The translations under genes and the position numbers were made by a program. A DNA stretch of 64,000 nt, from contig JAOZFN010000008.1 in assembly GCA_027492205.1 (NCBI GenBank), positions 30,041-94,040 on the forward strand, written 5' to 3'. Shown one piece after another: positions 30,226 through 39,418 of this stretch (the first letter of the stretch is position 1; each line of letters starts with the position of its first letter). Origin of the DNA: Thermoproteota archaeon (GTDB lineage: Archaea; Korarchaeota; Korarchaeia; Korarchaeales; Korarchaeaceae). The notes below the pieces were generated by a model. That model was not told where the DNA came from and searched no databases. It worked only from the letters and a program-made list of their open reading frames with translations.

Positions 30226-30786
30226 TCAGGCGATTAGACCCATACCCCGCAGGGCCCCCAGGACGACCTCCGCCTCCTGCTCGGGAGTCATCGTCTCCGA
30301 GTCCACCACAACCTCCGGGCTCTCGGGCTCTTCATACGCGTCCTGCACCCCGGTCATGTTCCCCAGCTCTCCCCTGATGGCCCTCCTATACAGACCCTTC
30401 GGGTCCCTCCTCATGGCCGTCTCAAGCGAGCACCTCACGTAGACCTCGACGAACCTCAGCCCCTCCACCTCGACTATCTCCCTGACCTCCCTCCTGACAC
30501 TCCTGTACGGCGAGACGAACGAGGCCACTACCGCCACTCCGTTTCTGGCCAGGAGCTTTGAGACGTAGGCCACCCTCCTGAGGTGTCGCTCCCTGTCCTC
30601 CCTGCTGAATCCGGCCTCCGGGCTGAGCCACCTCCTGACCTCGTCGCCGTCTAGCACCTCGACGCGCCAGCCCATCTCCCTCAGCTTCCTGGCCAGAACC
30701 CCCGCGAGCGTGGTCTTCCCTGCCGCCGGGAGACCCGTCAGCCAGACCACGAAACCCTCCCTAGGGGATCCGGGGCCCTCCGCCAC
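30226..30786 (-). CDS. cysC: adenylyl-sulfate (APS) kinase
   Basis: WLTGLPAAGKTT, LDGD.VR, GFSREDR, VSPY, RDPKGLY, TGVQDAYEEP. Confidence 0.97.
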   Translation of the reverse strand: MAEGPGSPREGFVVWLTGLPAAGKTTLAGVLARKLREMGWRVEVLDGDEVRRWLSPEAGFSREDRERHLRRVAYVSKLLARNGVAVVASFVSPYRSVRREVREIVEVEGLRFVEVYVRCSLETAMRRDPKGLYRRAIRGELGNMTGVQDAYEEPESPEVVVDSETMTPEQEAEVVLGALRGMGLIA

Positions 30787-30801
30787 CTCCAGGCACCTCC
30801 C

Positions 30802-32199
30802 TCAGCTCACGTCGACGAGGGGTTCCCCCCTCATTCCTCCGGGAATTTCCATCCCCACCAGCGACAGGATCGTGGGCGCCACGTCGTAGATCGTGGCTCC
30901 GAGCTCCCTGGGCTCCACCCTGTCCTCCGGATCGCGTATCAGATAGATCCCCTCCCAGTCGTGGACCGCGTCGTCGGGGCCGGTGTCGTTCTCCGGGAGG
31001 AACCACTCTCCGTGGCCCATCGTGCCGGCCGCGCGCCAGCTCAGGTCCCCGAAGTAGACCATGAGGTCCGGGGCGTCCCCCCTCACCTCAGGGTAGATCT
31101 CGGCCGGCCTGTGGGCCTCCACGCCGAGGCTCCCGCCCCCGGGAACCCGGACCCTCCTCAGGTCGTCCACCAGCTGGGCCAGGGTGGACTCGAAGTCCTC
31201 CGGGCTCACCCTACCCTGGGGCTCCCTCCCCCTGAGGTTCACGAAGATCCTGGAGTAGTAGCCGCCCCACCCCCAGGCCACCGTCCTCTCCCAGTTCACC
31301 TTGACCTTCGCTAGTCCCGTCTGCTCCCTGGGCCTCTCCTCCAGGGCCAGGTAGCCGTTGTCCGCCAGCCACTCGTTGATCGCGAAGGCGCCGGTCATAG
31401 CCTTTGCCCCGTGGTCCGAGACGACGAGTATTGAGGCGTCCTTGGCGGCCCGAGCGAGCCTCCCTATTCCCTCGTCCAGGAGGCGGTAGTAGCGCTCGGC
31501 CACGTCGGCGAACTCGCTGTCCGGGACGTGCCTCGGGTGATCTGGGTCGAAGAACTTCCAGAAGGCGTGGTGGAGCCTGTCCAGTCCGATCTCGACGTAC
31601 CACATCAGGTCCCACCTCTTCGCCCTCGCCAGGTGCTCGGCGACCCGGAGGTGCTGCCTGGTCATCTCGAAGAGCCTCTCCACCAGGGGGCCCCTGTCCT
31701 CGACCCTGAACTCCACGTCGTGTGTGAAGGTTCCCCCCGCGACCCTCTCGACCTCCAGCCTGAGCCACGGCGGGTGGGTGTAGTTCTTGGCCGTCGAGGG
31801 TGTGTGGAAGTCGCTGATCACCCACCCCTGAACCTTGAGGGGAGGGTAGGAGGGAGGGAAGGCTATCAGCAGGGCCTTCTTCCCCTCCCCGGCGGTGCGA
31901 TCCCACACCGCCGGCCTCGTCAGGTTCCTGGAGGTCACTAGGTAGTACTCCCTGTACTCGCCGGGCCTCCTGTGCCTGAAGCCGTACATCCCCAGCTCCC
32001 CCGGAGTGAGGCCCGTGGCCATCACGGCCCAGGCGGGTACGGTTATGGGCGGGTGGCAGCTCCTCAGGGGGCCGTACCTGGCCCCGTCCATCAGCTCTGA
32101 GAGGTTCGGCATTTCGGGCAGGAACCTCTCGAACGCCAGCGACGGCGGCGCCGAGTCCAGCCCTATGACCATGACCCTCTCTCCAGCCACCTCAATCAC
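30802..32199 (-). CDS. alkaline phosphatase/NPP superfamily protein 3 (inside the sat-cysC operon)
   Basis: IGLDSA, LRSCHPPITVPAW, LDRLHH, SDHGA, ENDTGPDDAVH. Confidence 0.92.
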   Translation of the reverse strand: MIEVAGERVMVIGLDSAPPSLAFERFLPEMPNLSELMDGARYGPLRSCHPPITVPAWAVMATGLTPGELGMYGFRHRRPGEYREYYLVTSRNLTRPAVWDRTAGEGKKALLIAFPPSYPPLKVQGWVISDFHTPSTAKNYTHPPWLRLEVERVAGGTFTHDVEFRVEDRGPLVERLFEMTRQHLRVAEHLARAKRWDLMWYVEIGLDRLHHAFWKFFDPDHPRHVPDSEFADVAERYYRLLDEGIGRLARAAKDASILVVSDHGAKAMTGAFAINEWLADNGYLALEERPREQTGLAKVKVNWERTVAWGWGGYYSRIFVNLRGREPQGRVSPEDFESTLAQLVDDLRRVRVPGGGSLGVEAHRPAEIYPEVRGDAPDLMVYFGDLSWRAAGTMGHGEWFLPENDTGPDDAVHDWEGIYLIRDPEDRVEPRELGATIYDVAPTILSLVGMEIPGGMRGEPLVDVS

Positions 32200-33226
32200 T
32201 CCCCCCTCCTTCGAGGACGGCGGACCTCAGCCAGTCGAGGGCGCGGCGGGCGAACTCTCTCGCCTCCGGCTCGGGCAGGATGACGCCGACGGACTCCCGC
32301 TTCCCGCCCGCATTGTACCCGCTAGACCTCGCCATCTCGGCCAGGGACGTGAGGTCCAGGTCGAGCCCGTGGACCCTGGAGTATACCTGGGCGTACCCCC
32401 TCCTCCAGCGAGAGTTGATCGCGAGCACCGCGACCCGATCCCTGGACCAGGCGAACCTCCGCCCCACGGTGGAGATGAGGAGGTGGGGGGACTCGAACTC
32501 CACGTAGACGACGCTGCCGAAGTCTTCCACCCTGGCCTCTCTCAAGACCCTCTCGACCTCGGCCTCGGCGGACCTGTGCTTTATTATCCACTCCCCCATG
32601 CTCAGGAGCGATCTCGGATCCCCGTACCCCCTGCCGAGCGCGAAGACCGCGTCCCTGACGCCCTCCCTGTCCCCGACCCTGTAGTTCGCGTCGACGAGCT
32701 CGGCCAGCCTCTCGAGCTCCTCAACCCCCATTCCCAGCGAATCCAGCACTCTCAGCACCTCCCCGTAGACGGGGTGAGATCGGAGCGTGGGGCCCAGGTC
32801 GCCCGCGATGCCCAGGATCGATCGAAGGTCGGGCCGAGCTCCCATCAGGCGCGTGAGGTGCCAGCTCGCGGAGGGCTGACCCACGTCGACCAGCGAGATC
32901 CAGGAGGCCGGGAGGCGCCCCCTCGGCCTGACGTGGTGATCCACCAGCACCACCCTGCCGGCCCCGACCGCGGAGGCGGCCCTCTCCACGGACTCGACGG
33001 GCAGCGCCACGTCGAGCACCATCAGCGTGTCGAACGTCCCCAGGTCTCGCATCTCGTCGGCCGCCCGAGAGTCTAGCCAGTAGAACCCCAGCGGCGGCAC
33101 GTAGAGCTCGGCGTGGTCTCCGAGCCAGTCGAGGATCAGGCTCGCGCTGGCGACGCCGTCGGCGTCCCAGTGGTGGAGGACGAGGGTGGCTCCGAGTTCT
33201 TCCGGATTCGGCAGCCTCGACTCCAT
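32192..33226 (-). CDS. DHH-family phosphoesterase (probable PAP phosphatase)
   Basis: HHWDADG, VLD, VDHH, GIAGD, NAGGK. Confidence 0.88.
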   Translation of the reverse strand: MESRLPNPEELGATLVLHHWDADGVASASLILDWLGDHAELYVPPLGFYWLDSRAADEMRDLGTFDTLMVLDVALPVESVERAASAVGAGRVVLVDHHVRPRGRLPASWISLVDVGQPSASWHLTRLMGARPDLRSILGIAGDLGPTLRSHPVYGEVLRVLDSLGMGVEELERLAELVDANYRVGDREGVRDAVFALGRGYGDPRSLLSMGEWIIKHRSAEAEVERVLREARVEDFGSVVYVEFESPHLLISTVGRRFAWSRDRVAVLAINSRWRRGYAQVYSRVHGLDLDLTSLAEMARSSGYNAGGKRESVGVILPEPEAREFARRALDWLRSAVLEGGGSD

Positions 33227-33235
33227 CCCCTCCCC

Positions 33236-34405
33236 TCACCTGACGAAGGGGTCGTCGAAGCTCAGGATCGCCTCCGCCACCTCGGGCCTCATCACCTCCG
33301 GCGGCGGGACCTCCCCCCTCCCTATGAGCTCGCGTATCTTCGTCCCGCTGAACCTGATCCTATCGCTCTCGGGGTGGGGGCAGGTCCTCTCGTTGGCCAG
33401 CCCGCCGCACCTCCTGCAGTAGAAGAACTCCCTGAAGAACAGGGGTGTGATCCCGAGGTCCGGGAACTCCCTGAATATCTCCTGCGCGGCGTAGGGGGGG
33501 TAGAAGTTGCCGACGCCCGCGTGGTCCCTGCCGACGATGAAGTGGGTGCACCCGAAGTTCTTCCTCATGATGGCGTGGTGCACGGCCTCCCTCGGGCCGG
33601 CGTACCTCATCTCGTACCTTAGGATCGCGAGCACGGCGGTGTCCCTCGGGTAGTAGTGCTCTATCAGGGTCCTGTAGGCCTCGAGGATCACGTCGTCCCT
33701 GAAGTCTCCGGGCTTCTTCCTCCCGACGACGGGGTTGATGAACACGCCGTCGACGAATGCCAGGGCCGTCTTCTGCAGCTCCTCGTGTCCCCTGTGAGGG
33801 GCGTTCCTGGTCTGAAAGCCGACGACGGTCTTCCAGCCCTTCTCCTTGAAGAGGACGCGGGTCTCGACGGGCCAGAGGGTGTACCTCTCGTAGGGGTTAG
33901 GCACGGAGCCCACCAGCGTTACCCTCCCGCCCAGCAGGAGGTCTCCCATCTCGAGCGCGCGTCGGACTCCTGGGTGATCGGGGCTGTCGGTCCCGAACAC
34001 CGATAGGGCGGCCCGCCTCTTGTCGTACATGTAGATCTCCTCCAACTCCATCAGCGCGATGGGCCTTCCGTCGAGGGTCAGGAGAACCTCATCGCCCTCC
34101 GACACGTCGACCAGGCTGCCCTCCCCCACGTCCAGGACTATGGGGAGAGTCCAGGGCACGTCGCTCGCCAACCTCATCCTGGAGAGGCAGGACTCGAAGT
34201 CCTCGCTCAGCATGAACCCCTCCAGGGGGCTGTAGACTCCCCTCGCTATGTTCTCGACCTCAATGGCCTTCTCCACGCTCATCGGTATCTGTTGGAATTC
34301 GGCCGCCTCGGCGAGTATCTTTTTCCTCCTGGAGTCGGAGGCCACCCTGTTCACCAGCCTGCCGCCGTGCGGCCTGGACACCATGCCAGATCGCCTCTGG
34401 CTCAA
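33236..34405 (-). CDS. sat: sulfate adenylyltransferase (ATP sulfurylase)
   Basis: PHGG.LV, YSPLEGFM, FQTRNAPHRGHE, YAGPREAVHHA..RKNFGCTHFIVGRDHAGVG, MRPEV; start may be ATG at 34384. Confidence 0.98.
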   Translation of the reverse strand: MSQRRSGMVSRPHGGRLVNRVASDSRRKKILAEAAEFQQIPMSVEKAIEVENIARGVYSPLEGFMLSEDFESCLSRMRLASDVPWTLPIVLDVGEGSLVDVSEGDEVLLTLDGRPIALMELEEIYMYDKRRAALSVFGTDSPDHPGVRRALEMGDLLLGGRVTLVGSVPNPYERYTLWPVETRVLFKEKGWKTVVGFQTRNAPHRGHEELQKTALAFVDGVFINPVVGRKKPGDFRDDVILEAYRTLIEHYYPRDTAVLAILRYEMRYAGPREAVHHAIMRKNFGCTHFIVGRDHAGVGNFYPPYAAQEIFREFPDLGITPLFFREFFYCRRCGGLANERTCPHPESDRIRFSGTKIRELIGRGEVPPPEVMRPEVAEAILSFDDPFVR

Positions 34406-34620
34406 TCAAGGTACCCGAGGGCCCTGAGCCTCCGCTTGATGCGCTCCTCGTCCTCCCTGGTGAAGTCGAGCTTCGACTCCTCGTACGACGCGACGAGTTC
34501 TCTCAGCACGTACGTGACGTAGTCACTGACTGAGGAGAAGCCAGTTCCCTCAATCATGTGCTTCACCTTCTCATAGAGCTGGATGGGTATGGAAATCGTC
34601 GTATAGCGCCTTCTCGACAC
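34402..34620 (-). CDS. small CopG/RHH protein with RLRALGYLD tail
   Basis: YTTISIP..LYEKV..IEGTGFSSVSDYVTYVLRE; stop overlaps the sat start. Confidence 0.9.
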   Translation of the reverse strand: MSRRRYTTISIPIQLYEKVKHMIEGTGFSSVSDYVTYVLRELVASYEESKLDFTREDEERIKRRLRALGYLD

Positions 34621-34636
34621 GGCTGGAACGTGAATC

Positions 34637-34670
34637 CATGTTAATTAATATGCATTGCGCCTTAATTGCA
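34637..34670. promoter_or_regulatory. AT-rich divergent promoter with near-palindrome
   Basis: CATGTTAATTAATATG (one mismatch) and a second CTTAATTG between divergent genes. Confidence 0.5.
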
Positions 34671-34721
34671 GCCGCCACAAGGACCCCGAAACCTCCCCGT
34701 CACACTTATACCGGCAGGTAT

Positions 34722-36296
34722 ATGTGGCGTGTGGAGGGATGGCGGATCAATAGGACCCTGGTCGTCGGCCTCGACGGGCTCGACTGGAATCTGGTCTTCG
34801 ACTGGTCCTCCAAGTGGTCCCTGTCTAACTTCAAGAGGCTCACCGAGGAGGGGGCTGGCGGCGTACTCGAGAGCACCCTCCCCTCGACCACCCCCCCGGG
34901 CTGGACCTCGATCACCACGGGAGTCAATCCGGGCAAGCACGGGCTCTTCGACTTCTTCCGCGTCATAAGACGTGAAGGCTCCTGGACCTTTGAACTGGTG
35001 AACTCCACCCACAAGCGCGCCCCCGAGCTCTGGGACTACGTCGAAGGATCTTTCGTGATCAACCTGCCCGTCTCATACCCTCCCCGCCCCATAAGGGGCG
35101 TCATGATCACGGGCATGCTCACCCCATCCAGGGGGGCCAACTTCGCCTTCCCCCCCGAACTCAGAGACTGGCTCCTCGCCCGGTTCCCCGACTACAGGTT
35201 TGAGCTGCAGTGGAGTGAGTACGGGAACAGGAGGGAGGAGTTCATGCGCGACCTCACCAGGATGACGCAGCAGAGGATCCAGCTGTTCTGGGAGCTGTTT
35301 GAGAGGGACTGGCGACTGATGTTCTTCGTGATCGCAGGCACGGACAGGATACAGCACCTCATGTGGGGCACGCCCGAGATGAGGGAGTACTTCCGCATGG
35401 TGGACGACTTCCTGGGGGAGGTGATGGACCGTGTTCGGAGGGCCGGCGTCAATCTCTTTGTGGTCTCCGACCACGGATTCGGCCCGATACACAAGCTCCT
35501 CTACGTGAACTCGTTCCTCCATCGTGAGGGCTACCTGAGGCTCAGGGAGGGCCGGGCAGCCGGCGCCATGAGGGCCGTCGGCCTGGACAGGGAGAGGCTG
35601 AGGGGCCTGCTCTATAGGACCGGCCTGATCAGGCTGTACAGGAGGCTCTCCCCCGGGGTTGCGGAGGCCCTTAAGGCGGCGATCCCCGGTGAGTCCAACC
35701 CTGCGGTCGACTTCGACCTCGACAGGACGAGGGCCTTCATGTACGGGATGGGAGGGGTCTACCTCTCGGCTGAGGGGGAGGAGAGGCGGAGGCTGGTGGA
35801 GGAGCTGAGGGAGGGCCTCCTCACCCTGAGGGATCCGGACACGGGTGGGCGCGTCGTCGAGGCGGTCTACGAGAGGGGGGAGATATACAGCGGGCCTTTC
35901 GTGGGAGCGGCCCCCGACCTGATTCTGGTGCCGGCAGAAGGTTACTCGGTGGAGAGGCATGTGAGGCCCCGCCTCGTTGAGGTGTCGAGGGTCAAGAGGG
36001 CCGACCACAGGAGGACCGGGGTCATCCTCGCCTACGGCCCCGATGTGGAGCCCGGCGCTAGGGTCGACGCCTCGGTCTACGACGTCGCGCCGACGGTCCT
36101 GCACATGCTCGGGCTCCCGGTCCCGACCAACGTGGACGGCAGGGTCCTCCTCGAGCTGTTCTCACCGTCGTCCGAGCCCAGGAGGAGAGAGGTGTCCTTC
36201 AGGGACCCGCTTCGAACGCCCACCCCCAGAGGGGAGGTGAGCCTGGCGGTCAGGAGAGCCCTGGCTAAGAGGGGGACGCGAACGCCCGACCCGTAG
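34722..36296 (+). CDS. alkaline phosphatase/NPP superfamily protein 4
   Basis: VGLDG, LESTLPSTTPPGWTSITTGVNPGKHG, TDRIQH, SDHGF, ADH; exact start uncertain. Confidence 0.92.
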   Translation: MWRVEGWRINRTLVVGLDGLDWNLVFDWSSKWSLSNFKRLTEEGAGGVLESTLPSTTPPGWTSITTGVNPGKHGLFDFFRVIRREGSWTFELVNSTHKRAPELWDYVEGSFVINLPVSYPPRPIRGVMITGMLTPSRGANFAFPPELRDWLLARFPDYRFELQWSEYGNRREEFMRDLTRMTQQRIQLFWELFERDWRLMFFVIAGTDRIQHLMWGTPEMREYFRMVDDFLGEVMDRVRRAGVNLFVVSDHGFGPIHKLLYVNSFLHREGYLRLREGRAAGAMRAVGLDRERLRGLLYRTGLIRLYRRLSPGVAEALKAAIPGESNPAVDFDLDRTRAFMYGMGGVYLSAEGEERRRLVEELREGLLTLRDPDTGGRVVEAVYERGEIYSGPFVGAAPDLILVPAEGYSVERHVRPRLVEVSRVKRADHRRTGVILAYGPDVEPGARVDASVYDVAPTVLHMLGLPVPTNVDGRVLLELFSPSSEPRRREVSFRDPLRTPTPRGEVSLAVRRALAKRGTRTPDP

Positions 36297-36866
36297 GATC
36301 CTATCCCCTCTCAACGACGGCCACGACCGCGGAACCACCCCGGCACCGACGACCCCCTCGAAGTCCTAGGAAGGCTTCTCTGACGATCCTCTCGCAGGAG
36401 GAGTGTCATAACCCGGCTACCTCTCCATTAGGTGGGACCTCGGAGACTCGGTCAACGCCCGGGACGTTCGACGGGGCGTCGAAGCGAGAGAGGCTGAGCA
36501 GAGCGCATCTCACGGCGTTGGGACTGATCTGGCGCGCCTCAGAGAGAAGAGACCCTTGAGCGGGCCCGGCGCGAGTTCCGGCCCGTCCTCGGGGAGACGC
36601 TGGAGGAAGAAGTGAGGATACGCATTCCGATCGAGATGGGGGAGGGGCCAGGGGCTGGGAAGCTCAGCGAGAGGGTCTCTCCCGCGCCCGACGGGAGATC
36701 GCCGGGGTCATCCGTGAGGACAGGGAGGCCAGGTGGGTGTACCCCTCTGACGCCAGCTCGATCGCGGACCCCAGAGGGGGCTCTTAGGCCGAGATCTCCA
36801 CCACCAATCCGTGCGGGTGAATCGAGCCTAGCGATCCCGGGTGACTTCGCACGTCGGCGGATTCCC

Positions 36867-37232
36867 CTAGATCTCCCAGAGTTCGAGTCCGTACCTTCTC
36901 AGCCTCTCGTAGTGTCTGACGTTGAGCGTGGCCAGCTTGAGCCCTTTCGCGATGGCCGTGGCCCCGATCAGGAGGTCCGCATCTCTCATCGGCTCTCCCC
37001 TCTCCCTCAGGTCCCTGTAAATCCTGCAGTATGTCTCGACGACGTCGTTGTCCACCCCTATCACGCAGAAGGCCCCCTCCAGGAGTTCCTTCACCCCGCC
37101 CCTCTCTCGGTCTGGTACGCCCCTCAGGAACTCCAGCAGGGTCACGACCGAGACGCACCCGTCCAGCCTCTCCCCTCTCTTTATGGACTCAACGAGCACG
37201 TCCGTGTCTATCAGGAGCGGAGGCGTCGTCAG
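36867..37232 (-). CDS. vapC: VapC PIN-domain toxin (probable CTG start)
   Basis: LLIDTDVLV lies upstream of the called start; TLLEF, DADLLIGATA, T.N.RHY. Confidence 0.85.
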   Translation of the reverse strand: MTTPPLLIDTDVLVESIKRGERLDGCVSVVTLLEFLRGVPDRERGGVKELLEGAFCVIGVDNDVVETYCRIYRDLRERGEPMRDADLLIGATAIAKGLKLATLNVRHYERLRRYGLELWEI

Positions 37233-37461
37233 CCCCCCTGAGGGAGAACTCCTCCCTAAACCTCCTCCTCGACTCCTCGATCGAGGCCAGGTGGGGCAGC
37301 ACGAGACCCCTCAGCTCCCGAAAGGACGCCTCTCTCCTGGCCCGAAGGGCCTCCTCCATGAGCGACTCGAGAAATTCGCTCCAATTCATCTCCCCCCTGT
37401 ATCTCTCCAGCCTCTCCTTCACCTCCCTCCTCACCGAGATGGTGGAGTACTTCCTCCCCAG
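37189..37461 (-). CDS. vapB: VapB-like antitoxin (probable CTG start)
   Basis: KYSTISVRREVKERLE...NWSEFL; GGTGA SD before CTG. Confidence 0.8.
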   Translation of the reverse strand: MGRKYSTISVRREVKERLERYRGEMNWSEFLESLMEEALRARREASFRELRGLVLPHLASIEESRRRFREEFSLRGADDASAPDRHGRAR

Positions 37462-37472
37462 GGCCGCTCACC

Positions 37473-37494
37473 GTTCATTACGTCACGAATGAAC
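37473..37494. promoter_or_regulatory. inverted repeat GTTCATT-N8-AATGAAC (candidate TA operator)
   Basis: Perfect 7-bp arms between the TATA-like CTTATTA and the antitoxin SD. Confidence 0.55.
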
Positions 37495-37601
37495 TGAATA
37501 ATAAGATAGCGAGCGCGGAGGTTCGGGGGCGCGCTCCCCCGCGATCCATTGGGGACCCCTCGCCCCCAACATCAAACGCCGCGGCGCTTCGGCGTGCGCC
37601 G

Positions 37602-37982
37602 CTAGGGGGAGGCGCTCAGCAGGTCCCTGGCCCTCACGAACCTGGCTCCCCCTCTCTTCAGCATCTCCAGCTCCCCTCTGGTCATGAGGTGCATCTCCAG
37701 CGGGTACCACCACGGCATGCCCTCTCCCTCTAGGGCCTCGAAGATCCTGCTCACGATCTTGGCCCTCTCCAGCGCGCTCTCGGGAACCCTCTCGACCACG
37801 ATGGCCACGTCCACATCGCTGGCGGCCGTGAGGCCGCCCTCGACCACCGAGCCGAACACGTACACCTCGGCCCCTCCCAGAAAATCCTCGACGGCTCTGA
37901 GCAAGGCTGGCAGGTAATTCCTCCACTCCAGCAGACTCTTGAGCCTTCCGCTCAGCAACCTGATTGCCGCGTCGCTAATCAC
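37602..37982 (-). CDS. minimal nucleotidyltransferase (MNT antitoxin)
   Basis: VYVFGSVVEG..TAASDVDV. Confidence 0.9.
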   Translation of the reverse strand: MISDAAIRLLSGRLKSLLEWRNYLPALLRAVEDFLGGAEVYVFGSVVEGGLTAASDVDVAIVVERVPESALERAKIVSRIFEALEGEGMPWWYPLEMHLMTRGELEMLKRGGARFVRARDLLSASP

Positions 37983-38394
37983 GGAACACCTCCTCCTCGA
38001 CCCTATCTATGAGCCTGCACACCCTACCTACGAGGTCGACGCTCTCTGACGCATCTTCAGAGGCATACTCCCTGGCCAGGTATCTCGACCCAACATAGGC
38101 CTCCTCTAGGATCCTCAGCTGGCTCCTCAAATCTCTAGCGAGGCCGGAAACTTCTCTTGCGAGGTCCCTCCTCCCGTGCTCCTCTAGGGCCCCCGACAGG
38201 ATGCCCAAGAGTTCCCTGAGGCCGTGAGTCCTGGGTAGGACCCCCAGCATTCTGAGTAGCAGCGCCTTGAGGCGCAGCTGAAGGGCCTGTTCGGCGAAGA
38301 AGCATGCAAGATCGTACTCGCCCCTCTGGAGGGCCTCCCTAGCGTGGCTCCAGAAGCCAGCAGACCTCCTGCGGAGCAGCTCGACGTCCCTCAT
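37975..38394 (-). CDS. HEPN domain protein
   Basis: YDLACFFAEQALQL.LKA, PRTHGLRELL, LEEAY..SRY. Confidence 0.9.
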   Translation of the reverse strand: MRDVELLRRRSAGFWSHAREALQRGEYDLACFFAEQALQLRLKALLLRMLGVLPRTHGLRELLGILSGALEEHGRRDLAREVSGLARDLRSQLRILEEAYVGSRYLAREYASEDASESVDLVGRVCRLIDRVEEEVFRD

Positions 38395-38532
38395 GGAGGA
38401 CAACGTGACTACCTCCGAGATAGCCGCTGCGTCCTTATTAGCGTGCCCGTCTGTTCGGACTTCCGACTGCCGCACTCTCCCGGAGACCTCTCCGGGGGGA
38501 TCTCGTGAGCTCCGCGCGAGATTCGGCCGCCG

Positions 38533-39309
38533 TCACCGACTCACGACCGTCGTGGTCCTGCCGGCCGTCATCCCGCCGTCCACCACGTAGACGGCCCCGG
38601 TCACGTAGGAGGCCAGGTCAGAGGCCAGGAACAGTACCACCCTGGCGACCTCGTCGGGAGACCCGATCCTGCGGATCGGCACGAGGTCCGCGAACCTCCT
38701 GTAAGCCTCCTCGTCCCCCGCTATGCCCCTGAGCATGGGCGTGTCCGTGAGGCCCGGGCACACAACGTTCACCCTGACGCCCGCCCCGGCCACCTCGAGG
38801 GCTAGGGCCCTGCTGAACGCTATCACGGCGGCCTTGGACGCGCAGTACGCGGTTCCCTTAGCGTATGGGCTGATGCCCGCCGTGGAGCTGACGTTGACGA
38901 TGCTCCCGCCCCCCCGCTCGATCATGTGCGGGAGAACCGCCCTCGTCATGAGGAACGTCCCCCTGAGGTTGACCGCGATCACCGAGTCCCAGTCCTCGAC
39001 GCTCAGCTCGGTCAGAGGGGCCGCGCGGTAGATGCCGGCGTTGTTGACCAGCACGTCGACCCTCCCGTGTGCCTCCAAGACCTCGCCGACTATCCTCTCC
39101 ACGTCCTCCTCCCTCGACACGTCGCCGCGGTGGAACGTCGCCTCGAAACCGGAGTCTGCCATGGTCCTGACGGCCTCAACCCCCCTCTCCTCCGATCGGC
39201 CCACCAGGGCCACTCCCGCTCCCTCCGAGGCGAAGAGTCTTGCCGTCGCGAGCCCTATCCCAGAAGTCCCGCCCGTGATCACGGCGACCCTCCCGTCGAG
39301 CAGGCCCAT
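38533..39309 (-). CDS. SDR family NAD(P)-dependent oxidoreductase
   Basis: TGGTSGIG, NNAG, NVSS, YCASK, VDGG. Confidence 0.95.
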   Translation of the reverse strand: MGLLDGRVAVITGGTSGIGLATARLFASEGAGVALVGRSEERGVEAVRTMADSGFEATFHRGDVSREEDVERIVGEVLEAHGRVDVLVNNAGIYRAAPLTELSVEDWDSVIAVNLRGTFLMTRAVLPHMIERGGGSIVNVSSTAGISPYAKGTAYCASKAAVIAFSRALALEVAGAGVRVNVVCPGLTDTPMLRGIAGDEEAYRRFADLVPIRRIGSPDEVARVVLFLASDLASYVTGAVYVVDGGMTAGRTTTVVSR

Positions 39310-39418
39310 GGCAGCACCCCCTCGACTCGATCTCGGGCAATTTTTCAATACGCGTTGTGAGAGCCCCCCGGCGGGGAGTTTGCCTGGCGACGGTAGTTGC
39401 GTTGAGGACCGCTCCCTC

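Noticed and set aside
30226-34405. Dissimilatory or assimilatory sulfate reduction locus
   Set aside because: No aprAB, dsr, cysH or sulfite reductase here; context is glycosylation. Cannot be excluded for the rest of the genome
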